A DNA stretch of 63,662 nucleotides, filler included, from Chiloscyllium plagiosum (taxonomy: Eukaryota): assembly GCF_004010195.1 (NCBI RefSeq). It is 4 parts of one record of this genome, joined end to end, with 100 filler letters (N's around TTAATTAATTAA, not from the genome) between each part and the next. Parts side by side here need not be neighbours in the genome. Positions count along the whole stretch, not along the records: positions 1 to 23,410 come from NC_057710.1; 3 more parts are not named here. One strand, written 5' to 3'. Position 1 is the stretch's first letter. Each line of letters begins with the position of its first letter. The translations under genes and the position numbers were made by a program. Positions 11,692-23,510 of this stretch are shown piece by piece. A model generated the notes under the pieces. It searched no databases and was not told the origin of the DNA. It was given only the letters and a program-made list of their open reading frames with translations.

Positions 11692-11818
11692 CAACCTTTG
11701 TTGTCCAAACAGCAATTATCCGAATTTCGAATTATCTGAACAAGATCTCAAGGTCCCATAAAAACGTTACATCAAAGAGGTGTTACCGACACTGGTGATA
11801 CCGACACCACCTCCAGTC
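11692..11818 (+). repeat. 127-bp direct copy of the MITE left end (10927-11053)
   Basis: Near-identical run CAAACAGCAATTATCCGAATTTCG...CCGACACCACCTCCAGTC at both sites. Confidence 0.9.
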
Positions 11819-12720
11819 TGTGACTCCACTTTCAAGGAGCTATGAACCTGCACTCCATGGTCTTTTGTTCAGCAAAACTCCCTAGAACCTTACCATAAAG
11901 TGTGTAAGCCCTGCCCTGATTTGCCTTTCCAAGAAGCACCTTACCATTACCTAAATTAAACTCCATCTGCCACTCCTCAGTCCATTGGCCCATCTGATCA
12001 ACATCCCATTGTACTCTGAGGTAACTTTCGTTGTCCACTACTTTGAGCCAGTTCTGTATCCAAATGACTAGTTCTTCCTGTATTCCATGTGATCTGACCT
12101 TGCTAACTAGTGTCCCACGAGGAACCTTGTTGAACGTCTTACTAACGACCGTATAGATCATGTCAACCACTCTGCCCTCATCAATGCTTTTTGTTACTTC
12201 TTCAAAAAAAAACTCAGTCAAGTTTGTGAGACATGATTTCCCATGCACAAAGCCATGTTGACTATCCCTAATCAGGCCTTGCCTTTCCAAATACATGTCC
12301 ATCCTGTCCCTCAGGATTCCTTACAACAACACGCTCACCATTGATGTCTGGCTTTTCCTTACTACCTTTCTTGAACAGTGGCACCACGTTAGCCAACCTC
12401 CAGTCTTCCGACACCTCTCCTGTGACTATCAATGATCCAAATATCTCAGCAAGGGGCCCAGCAATCACTTCCCTAGCTTTCCGCAGAGTTCTAGGGTACA
12501 CCTGATCAGGCCCTGGGGATTTATCCACCTTTTTATGCATTTCAAGATATCCAGCACCACTTCCTCTGTAATATGGACATTTTTCAAGATGTCACCATCT
12601 ATTCCTCTACATTTTAGATCTTCCATACCCTTCTCCATAGTAAATACTGATGCAAAATACTCGTTTAACATCTTCTGCGGTTCCACACATAGGCGGCCTT
12701 GCTGATCTTTGAGGGAGCCT

Positions 12721-13668
12721 ATTGGGTCCAGGTTGATGTGTTTGTTGATATGCTGGACTCGTAGCAGAAGCGGTAATGCAAAGATTAGAACAAACAGTCT
12801 TACCGCAAATTCAACCCAAACTCTGGGTCAGATATGTAGATGACACCTTTGTAATCATTAAAAACACAGAAATAGAAAACACACACCGGATCGTCAACGC
12901 CACACTCGCAGGAATCCGATTCACTAGAGAGGAAGAAAAGGACAACCAACTCCCATTCCTAGACGTGATGGTACAGAGAACACCGAATGGAGAATTCACC
13001 ACAAAGGTATACAGGAAAGCCCCACACACAGACCAAGTCCTAAACTACAAAAGCAACCACCCCAACACACACAAAAAAAATTGCATCAAGACACTGTGGA
13101 TGGCATGGTGGTACAGTGGTTAACACTGCCTCACAGCGCCAGAGACCCGGGTTCAATTCCCACCTCAGGCGACTGACTGTGTGGCGGTTGCACGTTCTCC
13201 CCGTGTCTGTGTACAAAATCCCATGCAAGGACTGCACAAAACACTACTTAGGACAAATAGGAAGACAGCTAACGATCCGTATCCATGAACACCAACTAGC
13301 CACGAAATGCCACGACCAGCTATCCTTAGTAGCCACACATGCAGATGTCAAGCAACATGAATTCGACTGGGACAACACTACTATTATAGAACAAGCCAAA
13401 CAGAGAACAGCCAGGGAATTCCTAGAGGCATGGCACTCATCCACAGATTCAATCAATAAGCACATCGACCTGGACCCAATATACCGGCCACTGCAGCGGA
13501 CAGCTGGAACTGACAACTGGAAGCGGCAGAGACAAACCATTACAAATGCCGGAGGAAACAGCACAGAAGCGCTTTACAGGAGGCTCCCATGCTTCCTGAG
13601 GATGTCACCTATACAGGGGACAAACGTCTGCAACACAAATTCCCAGCTCGGCAAACAGAACCACAACT
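12721..13668 (+). mobile_element. Penelope-like element (RT core plus GIY-YIG) with an internal SINE fragment
   Basis: ORF 12776..13123 WVRYVDDTF...QLPFLDV...VYRK..HT (PLE RT); ORF 13116..13676 VYKIPCKDCTKHYLGQIGR...RIHEH...AREFLEAWH; short inverted piece at 12721-12750. Confidence 0.9.
13098..13210 (+). mobile_element. HE1 SINE 5' (tRNA-like) portion
   Basis: GGCATGGTGGTACAGTGGTTAACACTGCCTCACAGCGCCAGAGACCCGGGTTCAATTCC; matches the young copy at 43372; no SINE tail. Confidence 0.85.
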
Positions 13669-16218
13669 CTCCCTAATCTCCCACATCTGACAGGAAGAGT
13701 ACTTTACTCCACTAAAGGCCATCTTTGCACCTTAACAATCTATAGAAAATAGCACCGTCTTACTGCTCTAAAGAAATACAGCTCCAGGCTAACTAAGTAC
13801 CTATGTTTTATGTTTTTAAAATTTAATCAAGAGACAAATCTCAATAAAACATATTAAAACAAATCCTCACTATTTTTAAAACAAAAGACAGCAAGGTTAC
13901 ACTTCAAGACCATGCACTTATCTACACCTGTGCTGTGAGCTCTTTCACACAGGGTCCTCCAAGGTCAGCTAAATTTCACTGTTTTGTTAATTTTTTTTAG
14001 ACATACTTTGATGTCCAGCAATACTTGAACTCAAACAGCAAAGGCAGGCACTTGCGCTGTCTGTGTCTGTCTGTGCCTCTTTCTTTCTCTCTCTCTGCCA
14101 AATGGTCACAGCTTTTGTTCTCTTTCTCAACTGCTGTTGTTTTGATCTTTTTTACCACAAATTTCCAAACCAACGCTTATAAAACAGTAATTATTGTTCC
14201 TAGAATTCAAGGAAATAATCTCCAACACCGAACATACCTCACAAAAAAGGAGCAGCTCTTAAGTCACAATTTTTCCTATCCTCCATTTTGGATTACCCAG
14301 AATCCATGTTTTAAAAGTCCATCTACCTCAGGGATGTCTATCAAGGGGATAGTAACTTGTCTGTCCATGGACAATATGAGCAAGTGTAGGCCGTTTGGCC
14401 CATCGACCATGCTCAGCATTATAAAGATCAAGACCAATCCTCTTTGGTGGTGGTGGTGGAGTAGGGCTCCTGAGCTGGGGCTTTTCTGCTCTGACTGCTT
14501 TTTTCTTTTTCTTTTCTCTTCTCTTTTTTGTTTTTACTTAGCTCTTGTCTTGAGCTTGGATGACATCTGTGAGAAAATTCAACATAGATTCAAATGAGCC
14601 CAGCATGTATATCATGATGAGTGAGCCCTTACTTACTTTTCCGGGGTGACAATGGGACCTGGGCCTTTGAATTAGCAGCTGCTACATTGGCAGAGGTGAT
14701 GGTTAGCAAGGTAGACCCGGCAGCGAAAGATGGTGCCTGAGGATTGGTGACTTTGTTGTTGTTTGGATCCAGCACTGGTGGCAGCAGAAGGGCATCAAAG
14801 CGACATTAAAATGGACGCAATGATGAGAGATGTGACTCTGATGTTAGTTGGTCTGGTGCGGGTGATCGGGAGGCAGTGGCGGAGCAGAATTGGCCCAGCG
14901 GCAAAAGATGGCGCTTGAAGAATGGTGACTTCAACATTGGTTCATTCTAGTCTTGATGGTGGCTTTGGCAGTGGAAAAGGGATGGGGCGCAGACATTGGT
15001 GATGATGAACTGGTTCAGGACTGATGGACTCTCTTTAAGTGATATCTTTCATTATTTTCTTGTCCTTAAAACTCTTCCAATATGGCACCTGATTGTGGTG
15101 ATAATGAGAAAGGCTTTACACGGTATTTTACTGTTTTTCTCACTGTAAAATACACTTGACATAAAATCATGCATTTAAAATCATTCATTCGTTCATACTC
15201 CCGCTCTATCCACACCCTTTGACAACTTTAGTGTGTAGAAATCTCTCTCTTTTTATTTTCTGATTATATCCGGTGAATTGGCCAACCAAAATTGTCTTTG
15301 TTTGCCTTTGGCCAACCCTACACTGTGTGAGTAGCACTTAATGGCTAGTGCTACTTGTACAAACAGTGACTACGAGAATAGGTAATAGGTAATGCATTTT
15401 CCAGTCAACTACATCATAAGAACAAATAAATCAATGTATTGTTTTCAGCTTTGTCACTCAGTGTCAGCATTTCCAGTTTAAGATTCTGCCATAATAGTCA
15501 CTTAAATATTTCAAAACTTATTCCAGATTTTAGAAAAAAAATCAGAAAATGATCTGAGGAGAAGTGCAATTCATTCTCTGTACTGTGCACTGCAAAGCAA
15601 CCAAGATCAAGAATCTTCATGATCTTTTCACTTTTTATTGTCTCTGTCGCTTTCCTGAAATGAAACTCCATCACATGTTGCTATTTGACTGACTTGAAGA
15701 GTATCACTGTCATCCTTGCACTTCACAAATGGTTCCAACTTTGGTGTCATTTCAAAATTTTTAAATCCAATCTACTCATTCAAGCCTGGATTATTGATGT
15801 AGATTGAAAGAAGCAATTATTCTAGCCTTGACTCTTTGGAAACCCAAGTAATACTGTCTTTAAGTTGAAAAACAGCCTTTTGCCACCATTATCTGTTCCT
15901 TTTCCTTTTCTTTCAGTCATTTTTATTTCTGCACTTCTGTTGTCCATTTTATTCCATGCACTTCAACTGTTCGAACAAACCTGTGTGTGGAACTTCATCA
16001 AATGCCCTTTGGAAGACCATGTATACCACATCACCTTTGTATTTATGTCTTCTATGTATTTATAGCCCTAGATTCAAGTCTGATGTCCAAAGTTTAATTT
16101 ATGAAGAAATATTAGAAAAATTAGAATTACATTCCTTGTAATTTAAACAATTTGGTACTAATTTGATTAAATTTTCAATTTATGGGAACAACAGTGTTGT
16201 GATCAATGGTACAAGAGT

Positions 16219-16430
16219 CGGTTAGCTCAGTTAGCTGGGTTGCTGGTTTGTGATACAGAGTAGTGCTAACAGCATGGATTCATTTCCCACATTGACTGAT
16301 GTTACCATGAACGACACTCCACCTTTTCCCCTCACCTAAGGTGTGGTGACCCTCAGGTTGAACAACAGCCAGTGATCTCTCTCCAGTGAGAGGGCAGCCT
16401 TATGGTCTAGTAAGACGATGGTGACTTTAC
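16219..16430 (+). mobile_element. Second tRNA-derived SINE family (degenerate)
   Basis: Head GGTTAGCTCAGTTAG...GGATTCATTTCC resembles A/B boxes; the 3' part (CAGCC.TATGGTCT.GTA) recurs at about 22709-22790. Confidence 0.5.
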
Positions 16431-18254
16431 ATTTGAGAGACAGTTAACCCTGAGGCCTTAACTTGTGCTTTGGAGACAGAAAATCAAAGTTCCCCAATGT
16501 CGCTATTATAGTTTAAGTAAGGTCATTAACAAGTCTGGAATTAAAAGCTGGTCTCCATAATGATGATCCTAAGCTGATCATATTGTTGTAAAACCCCATC
16601 TGTTTCATGATTGTCCTTTTTAAGAGAAATACATTTATTATCTTTACCTGTTATGACCATCATCAGCCAAGACAGTGTAAATGAAAAAGGCATTCCCTGT
16701 ACAGCTAATCTCCAAAGTTGTCCTGTGTGGTGTCCAGTAGCCCAATGATCCACTTTAACAACTACCTTCTGTCATTTTATTTTGTGGAATCCTATCTTTT
16801 AGCAGTTGCCCCAAATATTTTCTTGGTCCATCAGAAAGACAGACTTACTAGAGGTGGGAACACAGTGGTATGTTATCAGGAAGGAGTGGCCCTGGGAGTC
16901 CTTGACATTGTCTATATGTGCCATGACGTCTAATAGCATCCAGTCAAGCAAGTGTAAAACAAATCTCCTGTTTCCACCTTCCCTTAACTGAAGAATATAT
17001 TCTCTTTCATGTTGAACACAATTTGGAAGAAGCACTAAAGGTAACAAGGACAAAAGATGGAACTTTGGGTGCGTAACTTCAACATCCATCACTGGATGGA
17101 TTGGCAAAGCGATCACTGACTGAGCAGGCTGAGTCCTGTAGGGCACTTCTATCAGTGGCAGGTGGTGAGAAGACCAGCATGAAGGAAAATACTTACGTTA
17201 CCTCAAACTCACTAAATTACCTTTTAAATATGTATCTGCCCTTAACAGAATTAGAAGAAGTGAACACTATATATTGCGGAGACGAAGTCTCTATTCTTAC
17301 ACACCACTCTTCTCCTTCAAACCTCTTGAAATAAGGACCAACATGCCTTTGGCCAGTTCTGAGGAATGGTCACTCGACCCAAAACATTAACTCTGATTTT
17401 TCTCCACAGATGCTATCAGACCTGTTCAGCTTTCCCAGCAATCCTGGTTTTGTTCCGTTAGTCTTCCTGATTACCTGCTGCAGCTGGGTGCTAGGTTTGT
17501 GTTGCAACTTTCTACGGTTTTTCTCCATTTAAATAATGCTCTGAGTTTTTAATCTCCCTTCCAAAATGAACAACTTCACATATTCCATCATTATACACCA
17601 TTGCGAACCTTTTGCCCATTTAGTTAAACTAAAAAAAACACTGTGTAAACTGTTTGTACGAGCCGGATGTGTTTTTAAACAACATTTGGCAGTGGGTACA
17701 TGATTGACTTTTAAGTTAGCATTTACTTCCAATTTTTTTTTCTATTTAATTCAAATTTTACCACCTTACACGGTGGTATTCTGAATAACCAATCCAGTGA
17801 CATTATCATTACCAACTCCCATATTTCACCACAGAAGCACATCCTGTCTCAGAACCAACATTTTCTTATGGACAAGTCAATAACTGATATCCAAGTCTCC
17901 AATCATCAAACTACACTGTCAACAACTTCGACTGCTTCTTGGAAATAATGGCAATTAAATGACAATTGCCTTTTTCTTTAATTTATTCATTGGATGTTGG
18001 CATCACTGGCTAGGCCAGCATTTATTGCAATTCTTAATTGTGCAGACGGCAGTTAAGAGTCAGCCACGTTGCTGGGGGTTTGGAGTCACATGTAGACCAG
18101 AACAGGTGAGGATGGCCAACTTCCTTTCCTGAAGGACATCAGTGAAGCAGGTGGGTTTTCCAGACAATTGTCGATGAATTCTTGGTAATCATTAGGCTCT
18201 TAATTTCTGAATAACTTTTTTAATTGAATCCAAATTCAATTGGATTGGATTAAT

Positions 18255-18539
18255 TGGTGGCTAGGTGGTTAGAACTGCTGCCCACAACGCCAGGGGCCTG
18301 AGTTACATTCTAGCCTTTGGTTACATTTGGAGTGGAGTTTGTGTGTTCTCCCATGAGTTTCTTCTGGGTGCTATGGTTTCCTATCGCAGTCCAAAGTTGC
18401 GCAGGTTAAGGGGATTGGCCATGGGAAGTGGAAGGTTGGGGTGGGGGGGTGGTGGTGGGTCTGGTTAGGATGCTTTACAGAAGGTTGATGTGGACTTGGT
18501 GGGCTGAATAGCCTGCTTCCACACTGTAGGGATTCAATG
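18255..18539 (+). mobile_element. HE1-type SINE, degenerate
   Basis: GGTGGTTAGAACTGCTGCCCACAACGCCAGGG head; tail GGGCTGAATAGCCTGCTTCCACACTGTAGGGATTC. Confidence 0.8.
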
Positions 18540-18629
18540 CAAGTCCCATTTCACGCTGAGTATACCTTTAGTTTCTTGTATCCGAGAGAACGAAATCTTT
18601 CTGGACAAGACCTTCAGCAAGGTTATTAC

Positions 18630-21600
18630 ACCAATCGTACCAGAAGAGAGCAGACGATGAGGAAAGCAGCGGGAAGACCGGTGCAAGAGACCCCGGGGGA
18701 AGTACCTGTCAGGATCAAGTTGAATCTTTTCGAGACAGATGACACTGCCAGTCCACGAGGCGGCCAGGTCTGTCAATCAAAAGTTGGCGTGGAGACAGAG
18801 CGGAAGAGTCGGACATTGCACAGAGCCGTGGTAATAGGGGACTCCATCGTGAGAGGAACTGACCGGGGTTTTTGTGGCAGCAGACGNNNNNNNNNNNNNN
18901 NNNNNNNNNNNNNNNNNNNNNNNNNNNNNNNNNNNNNNNNNNNNNNNNNNNNNNNNNNNNNNNNNNNNNNNNNNNNNNNNNNNNNNNNNNNNNNNNNNNN
19001 NNNNNNNNNNNNNNNNNNNNNNNNNNNNNNNNNNNNNNNNNNNNNNNNNNNNNNNNNNNNNNNNNNNNNNNNNNNNNNNNNNNNNNNNNNNNNNNNNNNN
19101 NNNNNNNNNNNNNNNNNNNNNNNNNNNNNNNNNNNNNNNNNNNNNNNNNNNNNNNNNNNNNNNNNNNNNNNNNNNNNNNNNNNNNNNNNNNNNNNNNNNN
19201 NNNNNNNNNNNNNNNNNNNNNNNNNNNNNNNNNNNNNNNNNNNNNNNNNNNNNNNNNNNNNNNNNNNNNNNNNNNNNNNNNNNNNNNNNNNNNNNNNNNN
19301 NNNNNNNNNNNNNNNNNNNNNNNNNNNNNNNNNNNNNNNNNNNNNNNNNNNNNNNNNNNNNNNNNNNNNNNNNNNNNNNNNNNNNNNNNNNNNNNNNNNN
19401 NNNNNNNNNNNNNNNNNNNNNNNNNNNNNNNNNNNNNNNNNNNNNNNNNNNNNNNNNNNNNNNNNNNNNNNNNNNNNNNNNNNNNNNNNNNNNNNNNNNN
19501 NNNNNNNNNNNNNNNNNNNNNNNNNNNNNNNNNNNNNNNNNNNNNNNNNNNNNNNNNNNNNNNNNNNNNNNNNNNNNNNNNNNNNNNNNNNNNNNNNNNN
19601 NNNNNNNNNNNNNNNNNNNNNNNNNNNNNNNNNNNNNNNNNNNNNNNNNNNNNNNNNNNNNNNNNNNNNNNNNNNNTGTCACTACAGTTGTTATGGGGGA
19701 TTTTAACATGCAGGTAGACTGGGAGAATCAGGATGGTATTGGACCTCAAGAAAGAGACTTTGTGGAGTGCCTCAGAGATGGATTCTTAGAACAGCTGGTG
19801 CTGGAGCCGACCAGGGAGAAGGCAATTCTGGATCTGGTATTGTGTAACGAACTAGAATTGGTCAGGGACCTCGAAGTGATAGAGCCATTGGAAAGTAGTG
19901 ACCATAATACAATAAGCTTCAATCTTCAATTTGAGAGGGAGAGGGTATAATTGAAAGTGACAATATTTCTGTTGAATAAAGGGAGCTATGGAGCTCTGAG
20001 GGAGGAGCTGGCCAAAGTTCAATGGTGCAATACCTTAGCAGGGATGACCGTGGAGTAACAGTGGCGGATATTTCTGTGTATAATGCAGAAGATGCAGGAT
20101 CAGTTCATTCCAAAAAGGAAGAGGGAGGAGGCATGGGTGGCTGTGGCTGACGAGGGAAGTTAAGAAACATATAAAGTTAAAAGAGAAAAAGTATAACATA
20201 GCAAAGATAAGTGGGAAATCGGAGGACTGGGAAGCTTTTAAAGGACAACAGAGGATTACTAAGAAGGAAATACGCAGAGAAAAAATGAGGTCTGAAAGTA
20301 AACTGGCCAATAATATAAAGGAGGCTAATAAAAGTTTTTTTTTAGGTATGTGAAAGGCAAAAAAATGGTTAAGACTAAAATTGGGCCCTTGAAGACAGAA
20401 ACAGGGGAATATATTATGGGGAACAAAGAAATGGCAGAAGAATTGAATTGGTACTTCGGATCTGTGTTCACTGGGGAAGAACAAGCAATCTCCCTGAGGT
20501 AACAGTGGCTGAAGGCCCTGAACTTAAGGGAATTTATATTTGCCAGGAATTGGTGTTGGAGAGACTGTTAGGTCTGAAGGTTGATAAGTCCCCGGGGCCT
20601 GATGGTCTACATCCCAGGGTACTGAAGGAGGTGGCTCGAGAAATCGTGGATGTATTGGTAATTATTTTCCAGAGTTCAATAGATTCGGGATCAGTTCCTG
20701 AGGTTTGGAGGGTGGCTAATGTTATACCACTTTTTAAGAAAGGTGGGAGAGAGAAAGCAGGAAATTATAGACCAGTTAGTCTGACCTCAGTGGTGGGAAA
20801 GATGCTGGAGTCTATTATAAAGGATGAAATTACGACACATCTGGATAGTAGTAACAGGATAGGTCAGAGTCAGCATGGATTTATGAAGGGGAAATCGTGC
20901 TTGACTAACCTTCTTGAATTTTTTGAGGATGTGACGCTGAAGATGGATGAGGGAGATCCAGTAGATGTAGTGTACCTGGACTTTCAGAAAGCTTTTGATA
21001 AAGTCCCACATAGGAGGTTAGTGAGCAAAATTAGGGTGCATGGTATTGGGGGCAAAGTACTAACTTGGATTGAAAGTTGGTTGGCTGACAGGAAACAAAG
21101 AGTAGTGATAAACGGCTCCATTTCGGAATGGCAGGCACTGACCAGTGGGGTACCGCAGGGACCATTTACAATATATGTTAATGATATAGAAGATGGTATT
21201 AGTAATAACATTAGCAAATTTGCTGATGATACTAAGCTGGGTGGCAGGGTGAAATTTGAGGAGGATGTTAGGAGATTATTGGGTGACCTGGACAAGTTAG
21301 GTGAGTGGTCAGATGCATGGCAGATGCAGTTTAATGTGGATAAATGTATGGTTATCCACTTTGGTGGCAAGAACAGGAAGGCAGATTACTACCTAAATGG
21401 AATCAATTTAGGTAAAGGGGCAGCACATAGAGATCTGGGTGTTCTTGTACACCAGTCAATAAAGGTAAGCATGCAGGTACAGCAGGCAGGCCTTCATAAC
21501 AATTGGGATTGAGGAGTGACTGGGCTTGTATACCCTTGAGTTTAGAAGACTGAGAGGGGATCTGATTGAGATATATAACATTATTAAAGGATTGGACAAT

Positions 21601-21953
21601 CTGGAGGCAGGAAACATGTTTCCGCTGATGGGTGAGTGCCGAACCAGAGGACATAGTTTAAAAATACGGGTAGACCATTTAGGACAGAGATGAGGAGAAA
21701 TGTCTTCACCCAGAGAGTGGTGGCTGTGTGGAATGCTGTGCCCCAGAGGACAGTGGAGGTCCAGTCTCTGGATTCATTTAAGAAAGAGTTGAATAGGGCT
21801 CTCAAAGATAGTGGAATCAAGGGTTATGGAGATAAGGCAGGAACAGAATACTGATTAAGGATGATCAGCCATGATCCTATTGAATGGTGGTGCAGGCTCG
21901 AAGGGTAGAATGGCCTACTCCTGCACCTATTTCTATTGTCTATTGTCTATTGT
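18630..21953 (+). mobile_element. Long CR1-clade LINE (ORF1 esterase, endonuclease, RT, 3' UTR), inactivated
   Basis: AVVIGDSIVRG (SGNH/GDSL esterase) before the gap; VVMGDFN and SDH endonuclease motifs; RT ORF 20448..21512 with SQHGF, YLDFQKAFDKV, GVPQG and FADD; internal deletions and stops; (TATTGTC)n tail at 21927-21953. Confidence 0.93.
18887..19676. other. Assembly gap (790 N) inside the CR1 element
   Basis: N run; both flanks are colinear parts of the same CR1 type. Confidence 0.98.
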
Positions 21954-23326
21954 ATGACATTTCCACCATACTAAATTCAGAATGTTGGCAATATACCTAG
22001 CATTCCAAACTTGGTGTCAATAAGCATCATCAGTGTATTAGCTAGAGCATTACTTCTTTTCAAGTACAATATTTTATTTTCATTATTGAACATATCCCTC
22101 ATTCTATCATTATTGTGAAGCCAAGGAATCAATCCTATTTCAATGTGAAGTGCAAATAAATCGGTCAGGAACAGCACAACCACTCTTAAAACCATGAGGT
22201 ACCAAACTGGTGAAGCTACAACACAGAACTACAGGCATGCTGTTCTGAAAATTGAGGTATTACAAATATCTTGGGTCACCGTTTGCATGTTTTGGTATAA
22301 CTTTTAATTTAGGGGGTTAAACTGTTAACTGTAAGATAAATGGAAAATTCTAATTGAAAAATTGATAATCCTGTAGTGAACTTAATTCAAACAAGCTCGC
22401 AATTAACTGTCCAGTTACTCTGTGTTTACCTTACAAGGTCAGAAGGAGCTGTGAAGATATTTGAAGACTGAGTTTCCTATTTCTGTTTATCTGGGTTGCA
22501 ACCCAGTTATTTCCCATTCCCAAGTTCAGTGGTAAAGCTAAATGCATTGTGTTCATTTAATGCTTCATTCATGACCACTGCTTCTGTGTAAATCCTTTTG
22601 TACTCTAATTGGCTCCCACCACCATTTTTATGCCTTTTTTTTCTATTTACCTGACTATTTGGGATTCTCTGAGCTGCTCGTGTCTTTTCATACTCATTCT
22701 TTGTTTGCTTCAGGTAAAACCATCACCAGTCATTTCTCTGTAATGAGAGTGCAGCCATATGGTCTGGTAGAAATATAGCATGTTTACTTTGTATTTTCTA
22801 TCCTTTTTTTTTTATTACATTTTTTCCTCCAAATTTCTAGATCTTTTGTCATCCAGCATGCTTTGGATTTTTTCGGTTTGCCCATTGAGGATTTGCTCTG
22901 TCTTTCCCGTTTTTTTTTTTTAAGTAATATACTGTGACTGAACTCCTCTTAGATGTTGGTGAAAGTGAGAACTGGAGATCAGAGTCAAGAGTGTGCATCC
23001 GAGGAGCAGGAATTGAATCCTCTTTGATATTACCCATTGTTCAGCTACCATTTTTGTACCAACCTTCGACTCCTGTTTATTTGTCCTGGATCCAATCTTA
23101 GCTCATTGAAGTTGATTTCCTCATTCTTACTTTGGGTTATTCACTTATCCATTTCCTAGTCACCCTAAGCCTCATGAGGAATTGAAGCATTCAAAAGGAT
23201 TGCTTGGATAGAGATAATTGTAAGGATATGTGGAAAAAACAGGAGATTGGCAGTAGGTAATGATGCTGAAAATGTGTTGCTGGAAAAGCGCAGCAGGTCA
23301 GGCAGCATCCAAGGAACAGGAGAATA

Positions 23327-23354
23327 GACGTTTCGGGCATAAGCCCTTCTTCAG
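23327..23354 (-). ncRNA. Minimal hammerhead ribozyme core
   Basis: Minus strand CUGAAGA-A-GGGC/UUAU/GCCC-GAAAC-GUC; core intact, stem I weak in this copy. Confidence 0.65.
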
Positions 23355-23410
23355 GAATGAGGAAAGTGTGCCCAGCAGGCTAAGATAAAAGGTAGGGAGG
23401 AGGGACTTGG

Positions 23411-23510
23411 NNNNNNNNNNNNNNNNNNNNNNNNNNNNNNNNNNNNNNNNNNNNTTAATTAATTAANNNNNNNNNNNNNNNNNNNNNNNNNNNNNNNNNN
23501 NNNNNNNNNN
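23411..23510. other. Artificial scaffold spacer 44N-TTAATTAATTAA-44N
   Basis: Exactly 100 nt; the 12-mer gives stops in all six frames; identical to the spacers at 38173 and 56398. Confidence 0.97.

Larger units (their letters stand above)
10570..12720 (-). mobile_element. HER1-type CR1 LINE, deleted and interrupted
   Basis: ORFs 11832..12302 (SQHGFVHGKSCLTNL) and 12268..12540 (KSPGPDQVYPR, WRLANVVPLFKKG); 3' tail at 10570. Confidence 0.9.

Noticed and set aside
14025..14597. 190-aa ORF
   Set aside because: Low-complexity translation crossing several repeat boundaries, with no ATG start or recognisable domain.
18537..19950. Long ORFs of 281-389 aa
   Set aside because: They are open only because they run through 790 Ns; the flanks are CR1 ORF1 and ORF2.
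20448..21512. 354-aa RT ORF as an active or domesticated gene
   Set aside because: The motif after GVPQG is deleted, there are upstream stops and frameshifts, and a C-terminal deletion; it is a dead CR1 copy.
23455..23466. TTAATTAATTAA islands inside N runs (also 38217-38228 and 56442-56453) as a biological motif
   Set aside because: Identical 44N-12-44N geometry three times and stops in six frames mark an artificial linker.
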